DNA of 64,000 bases from Takakia lepidozioides (taxonomy: Eukaryota; Plantae; Bryophyta), in the NCBI GenBank assembly GCA_030704615.1, contig CM060731.1:48732001-48796000 (forward strand). Direction: 5' to 3'. Below the pieces are notes generated by a model. The model was not told the origin of the DNA. It searched no databases and worked only from the letters and a program-made list of their open reading frames with translations. The position numbers and the translations under genes were made by a program. Positions 11,900 to 22,953 of the stretch are shown one piece after another (within the stretch, counting starts at the first letter, position 1; each line of letters begins with the position of its first letter).

Positions 11900-14800
11900 A
11901 TGGCGAATGCCTTGTGTCTGCAGCATGGCGCTGCAGCATGGCGCCCTGTGCGTACCACACAATTTTCAGAGCTTACAGGTCGAAGAAATTTTGCAGTTGT
12001 GGAAACCTCCAGAGCGTCTCCAATTCCGGGTTTGGTAGTGTTTTCAGCTCCCGTGCGTGTGAGGAGCGGGGGAGATCAGCAAGGGTCGGGTGAGGGGTTT
12101 GCAAAGCAGGTGAAGGGGGAGGATGGTGATGACAAGTCGTATCTGGGTATGTGGAAGCGAGCAAGAGAGCGTCAAGAGCAGGAGCGTCTGCAGAAGGTTC
12201 GGCAAAATCCTGTGTCCCGTACAGAGACGGATGGAGGCGGACTTGGTCTGTACTTGCAAGATGAGGCAGAGTACGCACGCAGAGAGCAACAATTTGCCAA
12301 AATTCTTCAGGTCATTTTGCTTTTTCCGTGCATTGTTCCACGCCTATATCAGATTTACAATGCTGGTGAAATTTGCAAGTTTTGAGCTCGACGAGTGTGG
12401 GGAAGGGATTGCACGCCTCCCTCCTCAGGGAAAGCATGTGTATCTTTGTGGGAATTCTTTGGGTCGTTGTGAAGCTATGGCCCGACGGAGTCTTCGTAAT
12501 TATGTAAAGTCAACAGCTCAGGGCTGTGTAGGTGCCGGTCGAGGAGCGGGACAAAGTGCAGAGAATGCAAGTGGTCGACCGAGCAGCGGCAGCATTGGCA
12601 GCAGCACATGCCTTGGTGGGAGACAAGCAAGGGCGAACGACTCCTGCGAGGTCAGGGCACTCTGCAGGCACTCCGCAGTGGGTGACCACATCGTCGGTGG
12701 AAGTGAAGCCCCCTGCGCTCCAGCAGAGACCACCACCTGAAACAGGTGAATTGCGACACCATTACACTATTGTGGTAGAGAGGAAACCAGCGGCATGGGA
12801 TTCATTACATATACCTGCTGGCAGCTCAGGGAAGCATGGGTAGCGAGCTTTTGGTGAGATTGTTGGAGGAACTCCCTTGTTGCAGAGAATCTGGTAAATT
12901 GTGTTGCCTGGAGTGCGGTAATATATTTTCAATGAGTAGGGGCCACACCATCAGAGCAGATGTTTTGCTATCCCTACATCACAAATGTGTGCTGCTAGTG
13001 GTTGGCTATCCCTACATATGGTGCAAATAGTGCTGCTGGTGTTTTTCAATTTCCTGCTGGTGAACTTGGTACTGTAATTTTGGATGCTATAGATGCTTTA
13101 GGTCACGAGAAACACTCATCGCTGTGACTACCGATGATGTGTAGTCATATCTGTGGCGTTCAGTCCGTCTCAGAATTGACTTGCTGATGGTACTTGTCTG
13201 AGGTCAGATGAGCCTCACCAACATTGGTGGTGCACATAAAGTTTGCTTTAGAGGCTTTGGAATGATACCTGGGCTAATGTTCTCCCAATTCCAAATAAGG
13301 TTCACGATAGGCATGAGTTTTGGAAGCTAGGGATTGTAGCAACAGCAGACAATGGAAAACAAGAAAACCTTGTGGTTACCAATGTGCAGCAGGTAAGGCA
13401 CCTTGTAAAACATTGCTGCACGTCCCATCCAGGAGCTCTGCCTTTGGGGGTGGAGGAGGTGATGAGTGAGCTCGTATTTTCAGTCATGATGCAAAATGAA
13501 TTTTTTGACTAGCAGGGGGTGTGACAACAGGTTCACCTCCATTTTCATCTGCCACAACATCCACACTACGGTGGGCTGCGTCTCCTGGCCCTGATTTCTG
13601 GACTTGGGCCCCACCATCTCTTGATGTTCCCAATGTGAAGGTAGCTGGAGAATCGCTACGGCCAAACTTATTGAAAGCTGAATCACCCCTTCCAAACCCA
13701 ATGCCTTTACTGCTTGAGAAAGAGAAGGGTGCTGGGAGTCTTGCCCTTCCTCTGGAAAGCACATTGTTTGAGGAGATCAGCAGCAAGGAGGACTTTTCAT
13801 TAAGATTTCAAAGCAGGGCGATGCCCTCATTACCTCCTCTTCAATCCCTACTGGAGGTGGGATTGGAGATGGTTGAAGTTGGGGAACAGGAGTCACTTAC
13901 AGAGCTTTCAATTCAGGTGCCTGGACTTGACATAGAGGCGGCGGAGGCAGTGAAAGAAGGCATGCAGAGTGTTGCGAAGCCGACAACTGGCGTGCATTCA
14001 GATGGGTCTCGATGGTGGCAGGAAAAGGGTGTGGAATTCTGGGATGATGGGGTGACTTGTAACTGGACAGTTATCAGGGGGGTGAGTGCCGATGGACGTG
14101 TTGAGTGGGAAGAAAAGTTTTGGGAGGCAGCTGATGCATTTGATTACAAGGAACTCGGTGCAGAGAAGTCTGGCAGGGATGCATCTGGGGGAGTATGGCG
14201 TGAGTTTTGGCAAGAGGCCATGTGGCAGGTCGTTCCATTTCCTGACTTTTGTGGCATTACTGCACTCCTTGGTTTGTCCCTTGCCTGATGTTTATTAGAG
14301 GTAATCTGGCTGCTATCTGCGTTGTAGGTATACTGGTTGTCCTGCCATTTGAGGTCAATGGTTGGAACTTGATTGGAGGTACTACAAGTGAAAATGAAAC
14401 TTAGAAACCCCATTTACTGTTCACCTTTCAACATAAGGCAAACCTAGACACTGAAGGGAATTCAAACCTTTTGTTTGGGAATCTTTTGCTGGAATGCCAG
14501 TTGGGAGTGTAGTATTGACAATCATCAGCCCACTTCAGATTAACCTAAAATAGGTGAAGTTTGAACAGGATGCAAAGAATGGGCTTGTGCATATCGAAAA
14601 GAGTGCAGACAAGTGGGCCAAGAATGGAGAGGGGGGACAGTGGCATGAAAAATGGTGGGAGCACTATGATGCTTCAGGTCGTGCTGAGAAGTGGGCTGAC
14701 AAATGGAGTCAAGTTGACCCCAGCACTCTGTTAGAGGTTGGGCATGCCCATGTCTGGCATGAAAGGTGATATGCTGGATACTGCAAACCCCCTCTTTACC

Positions 14801-15559
14801 TGTCTCCTATCTTCGCCTTTTGCAGAATGAATATTAAGGAAATAGCTACGTCGGATGATGGAAGTCAGCTTGGATTTCACCTTAAGGTAGCGCAAAGTTT
14901 TTCAAAGTGTACAAGGGCAATGGGTCCTCATGTGGAAGCCTCTCAGTGGTAGAAATTTGCTGTGTTTCTTTTTGTTATTTGTTTATTTAAACTTGGAAAA
15001 TCTGAATCAAACAGCTTGTGATATTGTGTTCAATATGAAAATAGAGGGCACAATCTGATCGACACCATAGTCAGCTTGTCAACGTGGTTATATCATGTCT
15101 TCCGTATTGATCCAGCTATTAGGCCAGATTCTGGAAAACCTCCTTGTAAGAACATATCTAAAACACTTTATGAAGTGCAGGTGGGGTGAAGAGTATGATG
15201 GGCAAGGGGCCTCTATGAAGTACACCGACAAGTGGGCAGAGCGCACAGAAAATGGCAGGTGGACCAAGTGGGGAGATAAATGGGACGAGCATTTTGATCG
15301 GCAGGGGTGTGGCACCAAGCAGGGAGAGACATGGTGGGAAGGCCAACATGGTGAGCGCTGGAACCGGACCTGGGGGGAGGGTCACCATGGGACTGGCTGG
15401 GTACACAAATATGGGAAGAGTAGCAGCGGGGAGCATTGGGATACACACGAGCAACAGGACACTTGGTATGAACAGAAACCTCACTTTGGGTTTCAAGAGT
15501 GTTTTGACGCCTCTCGGGAGCTGCGGCGCTCGGGGAAGAAAAGAAGGAAGAGTTTGTAA
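11900..15559 (+). CDS. LESV: LIKE EARLY STARVATION (plastid starch-binding Trp-rich protein). Exons 11900-12310, 12532-12745, 13516-14228, 14569-14765, 15181-15559
   Basis: Transit-peptide-like N-terminus. SYLGMWKRA, FAKILQVPVEERDKVQRMQVVDRAAAALAAA and PGPDFWTWAPP motifs distinguish LESV from ESV1. C-terminal W-rich domain (WEEKFWE, KWADKW, WGDKWDE). Confidence 0.9.
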
Positions 15560-17028
15560 AGACATGGTGATTCTGGCCCATACTTTACCAAAGATAAAAA
15601 GTTCAAACTTCCATTTGTTTGCCAACAAGAGATGTTGGGTTCCATATCAAGCAACTGTGGAAGGTCCTGAAGATAGCACCCACTCGAGATATTATGATGT
15701 GCATTCACACGAGGTTCTACAGAGGCCCCACCTTCGAGAAAGGTAGAGCTGAGACTGTTTACCTTTTCAATTCGCGAAATATTCAATAGGTTTCGTGGTT
15801 TAATTTATCAGCACCCTATTCAAATGGGATTCTCAGCTGCAATAGACTATCTTCAAATTTGAACTGATCCAGTTCGGTACCATCGTGATTACCACCATGG
15901 GTTCGCGACTGATAGAACACTTCAGAGAAGCGATGCCATGAGAGAAGCAATGCATTTGGCGGTCCAGATTTAGCTGAAACAGTCAATCTTATGTAATCTA
16001 TTAACTAAGAGTAGTAAAACTATGTGAAATGGGGGCTCAAAATGCACGGAAAGATAGCCCTGTGGACAATCTCAGAGGAAAGTATTCATTACCTATTCTC
16101 ACCAAAAACACACCCAACTGTGATCATACCGCATCAAAAAATTCCCATGTGTAAAAGTACTTTCAGAGACATGACAGCAATTTGTCAGAGTTACAAAGCT
16201 ATACACAAAACTGCTGTTTCCTAGAGGCTTCAAACCAGGGGCTTGAGTCTGGATACATATGCGAATGGCTCACCACTGTACATTCCTCCAATTCCACGGT
16301 CGTGACCCCTACTGTTTCCTGTCAACCCCATTTTCCTTCGTCATCGTTCTTCATGGAGTATGCTGACAGCTTCCAGAGTGATTAGATACGGAGAGGTCAA
16401 GAGTGCACAAAGAAGCGATAGGTTGGCAGTGGCAAAAGAAGGGTCACAGGGGCACAAGCAAGCCTTACAGGTTTCTTGGTGCACTAATGGAAGAGGTTTA
16501 TTTATCAAGTCCAGAGATGACTAAAAGTAGAAAACCCGATGCTACGAAATTAAAAGAGAGAAAGAAAGGAGTTGTTATGTCAAATAGCCAGAGGGAGCAA
16601 CGATGCATTGGTTGGGTCACCCGACCCCTGTGAACAATGGCTGGTAAGTGCAAAGTACCCAAAATCTGTCAAGGGCATTTTCAAAGGACAAAAAAATATG
16701 GACGGTAGGAGCAGCTCCCTGGACAGCTGCTGTTGGGACTCTGAATGACTGAGTGATGCAGGGTATCGCTTTACCTGCATTCCCCTTACACGGGCTTACT
16801 GGAAGAGGAAGGCGAATGCTCACCCTAAGCTAAATTTTGAGCATCACAGAATGTACAGTTGGCTTTCTTAGGGTCGTTTTTCTCCCTTACATGGAGGTCT
16901 TGGGAAGCCCATACATTTCATTAAGTTAAATTCTTGGATAAGTGGCAAATTTGCCAACGTCCAACTGAGCCACCACCCATGTCTTGGAGGCTCCAGCAAT
17001 CCTGTTACAAAGAAAAGCTTTCCTAGTT

Positions 17029-17352
17029 TTATGTGAGGTCATCAGATTCTAGTAGCATTTGAAGTATGTCCAAAAGCTTTGTGTAGCTAATGTGTTTCTT
17101 GTTGGGGGGTTTGCATACTTCCATGTGATTAGGATCTTCCACCTTGATGTTGTTGTTGGAGCTTAACCGCATCGCTGAAGCATAGGGCACGACAAGTACC
17201 TGTAGCGTAAACATACCATCCACGAACAACATCACCAAGGTTAGTTGGACATCCACTTCAAAGTTCAACCAGTCTGCAAATCAGAATCTTCCTACAATTA
17301 TGGCTGAGAGCGAATGTACTGCTTACAGGAACTCAACTTGAAGTATAGGAGC
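17029..17352 (-). pseudogene. 3' remnant of a bryophyte-type alpha/beta-hydrolase gene (related to the N-terminal domain of hydrolase-NLR proteins); exon piece 17338-17352 plus last exon 17029-17199
   Basis: APILQ|VLVVPYASAMRLSSNNNIKVEDPNHMEVCKPPNKKHISYTKLL, joined by a GT-AG intron (17200-17337), matches the catalytic-His C-terminal signature (VP.ASA...NH..(V/I)CKP) of this fold. The upstream part is disrupted. Confidence 0.65.
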
Positions 17353-18442
17353 TGGGAGCATCGAGGATGCAAAGGGAGTGTTCAACAATATGGCTGAACG
17401 AAATGTGGTGTCGTGGAGTGCGATGCTCGCAGGGTATGCACGTATGCACAGCAGGGGCGCGGGATGGAGGCTTTGGAGACGTATGAGCAAATGATGTGTG
17501 AAGGGATGAAGCCCGACCATATCACGTTTGTGTGCGTTTGCAGTGCGTGTGCAAACCTGGCAGCCCTGGAAAAGGGCAAAGAGGTGCATGGCGACATCGT
17601 CAGAGCTGGAATCGTACCAGATGTGATCCTGAACACTGCCCTGGTGGACATGTATGCCAAATGTGGGAGCATCGAGGATGCAAAGGGAGTGTTCAACAAT
17701 ATGGCTGAACGAAATGTGGTGTCGTGGAGTGCGATGCTCGCAGGGAATGCACAGCAGGGGCGCGGGATGGAGGCTTTGGAGACGTATGAGCAAATGATGT
17801 GCGAAGGGGTGAAGCCCGACCACATCACGTTTGTGTGCACTTGCAATGCTTGTGCAAGCCTGGCAGCCCTGGCAAAGGGCAAAGAGGTGCATGGTGACAT
17901 CATCAAAGCTGGAATTGTACCAAATGTCATTCTGAACACAACCCTGGCAGCTCTGGAAAAGGGCAAAGAGGTCCATGGCGACATCGTCAGGGCTGGAGCA
18001 TCGAGGATGCAACAGGAGTGTTCGACTATATGGCTGAACAAGATGTGGTGTCGTGGAGTGCGATGATTGCAGGATATGCACAGCAAGGGCGCGGGATGGA
18101 GGCTTTGGAGACCTATGAGCAAATGATGTGCGAAGGGGTGAAGCCCAACCACATCACGTTTGTTTGTGTTTGCAATGCGTGTGCAAGCCTGGGACCTCTG
18201 GAAAAGGGGAAAGAGGTCCATGGTGACATCGTCAAAGCTGGAATTGTACCAGATGTCATTCTGACACTTACCCTGGTGGACATGTATGCCATATGTGGGT
18301 GCATTAAGGATGTGAAGGGAGTTTTCAACACTATGGCTGAACGAGTCGATGTGGTGTCATGGAACGCGATGCTTGCAGGGTATGCAGATCAGGGACATGG
18401 TATGGAGGCTTTGGAGACCTATGATCAAATGATGGGGGAAGG
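17353..18442 (+). pseudogene. PLS-class PPR array fragment (~3.5 P-L-S triplets), frameshifted, no E/DYW domain
   Basis: Near-identical ~300-bp units: GSIEDAKGVFNNMAERNVVSWSAML.G.AQQGRGMEALETYEQM..EGVKPDHITFV....ACA.LAALEKGKEVH...GIVPDVILNTALVDMYAKC. An 8-bp duplication (GTATGCAC at ~17434) and a deletion near 17995 break the frame. Confidence 0.92.
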
Positions 18443-19629
18443 GGGCACCTTCTTCAATAGCACAGCGGCTACAATTGGGTAGATGGTCAACTGGAAATAG
18501 CAGCGGCAGCAGCACAATTCATAGAACAAGGCGCTGCTAATGAAGGTACCTTCTTCAACATATTTCACCCTGTTTTCCCCTGCTATCAGAGTCGCCCCTA
18601 AATTTTCATGTTGAATTCTGCAAGTTAGCTCGTTGGTGGATCTATGGTAGTTTTGGAGTGATTTTGACATGTTACTGCCAATGTGGTCGACAGGAAAGTA
18701 TCGTAAAATAGATAACAAAGACTCGAGGAGAAGCTCGGGGATGAATACGTTTCCGACCTCAGACATTGGTGGAACAATCGAGGCAAAAGGTGAATGCCTG
18801 TTGGAAGCAGACGCAAGTCAGCATAGGAACTAGTGTGATAAGTAGGGTTGGGGTGTTTGCTCAAGCAATTCTAGGCTGTCATTGTCAGCTGCTAGCAGCA
18901 AGGCGAGGATGTATGCATGATTTGTGCAGGGGCATGGATAGCTGAAGGAGCAGGGATAGAGTGTGGGTCCAGATTCATCCAAGAGGGCCGGATTTCAAGC
19001 TCCAGATTACCTATGATTCCCTGTGGAAGGATAGGTACAAGAAACCTGCATGGGTAGATGGTCAACTGGAAGCTGCAGCAGCAGCGGCACAATTGATCAA
19101 ATCAGGCACTGTTAATCAAGGCACCTTCTTCAACACATTTCACCCTATTTTTCCCTCTTATCATAATCGGCCGTAAGTATTGCACTGTTTAACAGGGTCC
19201 TTGATTCTAGTAGCACCAAACTAGTGCTACAACAATTCAGCCCATGTGTGGGCTTGCTTATTTTTTTGCTTATTGGGCCTTTTCAGGCATGGATTTTTGG
19301 ACCTTGTGGCCTTTGAGGTGTCCATTGGGACATTGGTCTCATTTGGATTTTTGTAATATAATTTACAGGGCGAGTATTCCCCTGTACTTGTCTATTTTGA
19401 ATGTCCTTGTTGTTAGTATGCAGGAGGGTTCCATTCTGTTTTTATATTGGAATTTCACCATGTAATGAAGAATTTAAATCATTTAATCTATTTTCATTTT
19501 ATATAACATTATTAAATTAAACAATAATACCATTTAATAACATTTTCTAAGCTGCTATCCCCTGTTTTCAAAAATAAAATATAAATTTAAGAATTTAAAA
19601 TTACAAATATAAACTATTAAATTATTTTC

Positions 19630-20070
19630 AGAGACATTCTTGATGACACGTGGCATAAACCATGCTCGAACTAGAACATATATGACACGACATTCTTTTA
19701 AGTAGTCATATATGTTAGACATATATTCTGTCTAAGTGCAACATGTCACGTCCGAAGTGCAACAAGTGTCGTGACGTGTCGCTTGCGCAGTGGTGCACGT
19801 GTTCCTCTAAAGCCTCTCCATGTAGGCAACGTTCATCAGACAATGTAGTCATATAGTTAGTCATATGTAAGTCATAGAGTTGTGACTACATCACTCTCTT
19901 ATGCATGACGCCAAGTGCCACGCACGCAGTCACGGCTATGACTTGCAAAACACAGTCCTAAAGACTAGTCGCTATGACAGGGTTTTTTTCACTACAGAGT
20001 GATGTAGTCATGAACGCATATAGGACTGAAAAAATAGTCATATGTGCAGTCATAAAAACGCTCATCTGTC
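19630..20070. mobile_element. Possible CACTA-like subterminal remnant
   Basis: Dense direct and inverted GTCATA/TATGAC/GACTAC short repeats like those of CACTA subterminal regions. No CACTA TIR pair found. Confidence 0.3.
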
Positions 20071-20074
20071 GCCC

Positions 20075-22953
20075 TACCACACTAGGGCCATGATGAAGCT
20101 CCGCACTTCGAACACCAAAGAGAGGTAAATACAAACCAACTTCTAACCAGGTCAATTCGCAATGGTGCAGAAAACGCGATTTAATCGTTCTAGACGACAG
20201 ACATTCTTCGTTGCGCAACTCAAATTCTCGCCTAGCAAGCTGTCTGGCTCTATACACCACCACCGCAAAGCAAAGGTCTCGTGAACAAGGCCTCGTGATG
20301 ACTGGTTAATGCAGCAAGGTCACCTACGAAAGTTACACGCTCAAACCAAAGCTGATCCTCGTCACCTCACACAATAAATCATCTACTTCGTGCGACAACT
20401 CGATATCCCTCTCTAGCTCTGCTGCATGCTGCCTACTCTCGAAATATTCAGGTCCAGGAACAACAAAGTTGTCAGAATTATAGTATTCCGGGTCACAACT
20501 ATCTAGAGAGCTGTCAGATTTCTCAAACCTTGGCGACCACGCCTCTGCCTCATCTAAATAATCATAATCACTACCACCAGGAGAACCCAATGAAACAACA
20601 AGGGCTGGAACACAAGCGGTTGGTTCAAGGAGATGCAACGCTAGCAAGGCAACATTGCTAGGTCGCGCGCTGTTGGCCGTGTTAGCAACAACAAGAACAT
20701 CGGCAGAGTTAGAAACGACAGGGTTGGTTTCAACAACAGGAGGAGCAACAGGAACGACACCAGCAGAACAAGGAGTGACAGCAAGGTTAGTTTCCACACT
20801 AGGATTAGTTTCAACAACAAGTTCCACACTAATCTGAAGAAGCAGGCTCTTCCCTTCTCTACGAGCTACACAAGACAAGTCACGAACAGTAGTCATTCCC
20901 TGCAACCACACCCCAGCGCGCAATGTGAGACGGCGATATCACAACAGCAAGAGAAAATACGGCAAGGCGAGGAGCCGCCATTGATAACACACATTAGCGA
21001 ACCACTAAGGCAACAAGATGTAGAGCAAATCCCGCGAGAAAGACCTAACTGACCCTGACAGCGCGGGCAAGATCCACCAACGCCTATGGTACCCGGCTTG
21101 TCTCCACCATAAAACAAAGCCTGAAGCATATACTCATTTCCTCTCAAGAAGCAAGGTTTCACAACAAAGGAGCGAGCGGAAAGAGCAAACAACGCGCGAG
21201 AGGAGGATCAAACACACGGATCTGACACAAAGCAGCTCTCATCCAAAGCTTGTACACCAAAATCACATATACACTAACACCCGAGTACACCGCCCTGACC
21301 GTCTTTATACAAAAGCCCTAGCTTTAGTGGTCCGCCGCGTGGTGAGGCGTCACAAGCCAAAGCCCACGACGCCGCCTTGTAGCCCTAGATCTGATGAAGG
21401 GCTAGGATCGAGCCACCAGCCAAAACTAACCCTAACCTAGATATCATTGTAACGGTTTAACGGCTTTATATGCCAAGAAAAATACTACAGATGTGTATCA
21501 CCGTTTTGGATGAAACGGGCCATTTCTAGGTTAAGCAAATATGGGGCTTTACAGGGGTTAAGACATACACATTGGCGTCATTATTCAAAGAGGATGAGTA
21601 ACCAGTGTTTAACAGTTAAACATTGTAATGCTTGCTTAGTTCACCCTACTTTAGGGAGTAAGAATTATGCTAAATATAGTTTTTTAGCGTTATGGAGGTA
21701 AGAGACATGGAGGGAGGCACAATGTTCATCTAGATTAAAAGCTTCTTGAATGGCTGGGGGATGGCCGGGGATGGACGTCCAAACTCCAAACGTGGCCCTC
21801 CAAACAAAAGGTCACCCCATGGCCGGTTCCATGCCTTAGGGTTGACCGTTGCTTATCAGGCAGACCTAGAGAGGGTGTACTACCTTATCCCGTCATAGAC
21901 CCACAAAATTTGGTTGGGACCTAAATTTTTTTTGAGAATTTATGAGTTTTTCCAACTTCAAGGAGGATATACTCATTTCCTCTCAAGAAGCAAGGTTTCA
22001 CAACAAAGGGGCGAGCGGAAAGAACAAACAACGCGCGAGAGGAGGATCAAACACACGGATCTGACACAAAACAGCTCTCATCCAAAGCTTGTACACCAAA
22101 ATCGCATATACACTACACCCAAGTACACCGCCCCGACCTTGTGTCATGGCGTCGTCTTTATACAAAAGCCCTAGCTTTAGTGACCCACCGCATGGTGAGG
22201 CGTCACAAGCCAAAGCCCACGACGCCGCCTTGTAGCCCTAGATCTGATGAAGGGCTAGGATCAAGCCACCGGCCAAAACTAACCCTAACCTAGATATCAT
22301 TGTAACGGTTTAACGGCTTTATACGCCAAAAAAAATACTACGGATGTGTATCGCCGTTTTGGATGAAAAGGGCCATTTCTAGGCTAAGCAAATATGGGGA
22401 CTTTATAGGGGTTAAAGACATACACATTGGCGTCATTATTCAAAGAGGAGGAGTAACCAGTGTTTAACAGTTAAACACTATAATGCTTGATTAGTTCACC
22501 CTACTTTAGGGAGTAAGAATTATGCTAACACATATAGTTTTTTAACGCTTATGGAGGTAAGAGACATGGAGGGAGGCACAATGTTCATCTAGATTAAAAG
22601 CGTCTTGAATGGCTAGGGGATGGCCGGGGATGGACGTCCAAACTCCAAACGTGGCCCTCCAAACAAAAGGTCACCCCACCATGGCCGGTTCCATGCCTTA
22701 GGGTTTACCGCTGTTTATCAGGCAGACCTAGAAAGGGTGTACTACCTTATCTCGTCATAGACCCACAAAATTTGGTTGGGACCTAAATTTTTTTTGAGAA
22801 TTTATGAGTTTTTCCAACTTCAAGAAACTTGTTTTTTCAACCATAGGCTACCTTATTTGCATGGATTGCACCTAATCACTAAGATACCTGCCACATCAAA
22901 CTCTTATTCGTTTACTCTCTACTAGAGTAGCTTGTGCCAATTTTTGGTAAACA
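20075..22953 (-). mobile_element. LTR-retrotransposon 5' remnant: LTR 20982-22953 with internal tandem duplication, putative PBS and partial first ORF
   Basis: Minus-strand segment begins TGTTTA (22953) and ends TTATCA (20982), followed by TGGCGGCTCC (20980-20971; PBS-like). TATAAA near 21310 and 22163. A low-complexity ORF follows (20333-20895). No gag/pol motifs seen. Confidence 0.55.
21128..22824. repeat. ~840-bp tandem duplication (21128-21962 and 21967-22824), highly similar
   Basis: Both copies start ATATACTCATTTCCTCTCAAGAAGCAAGG and end TATGAGTTTTTCCAACTTCAAG. Confidence 0.95.

Noticed and set aside
13331-13392. Extra LESV micro-exon ending at CAG|GTAAGG
   Set aside because: It would end in phase 0 while the next exon needs phase 1; exon 2 joins exon 3 directly in frame.
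17323-18221. Long minus-strand ORFs (252 and 279 aa)
   Set aside because: Antisense shadows of the repetitive PPR array.
21128-22824. Two LTRs of an intact element
   Set aside because: The copies are directly adjacent with no internal region; better explained as a tandem duplication within one LTR.
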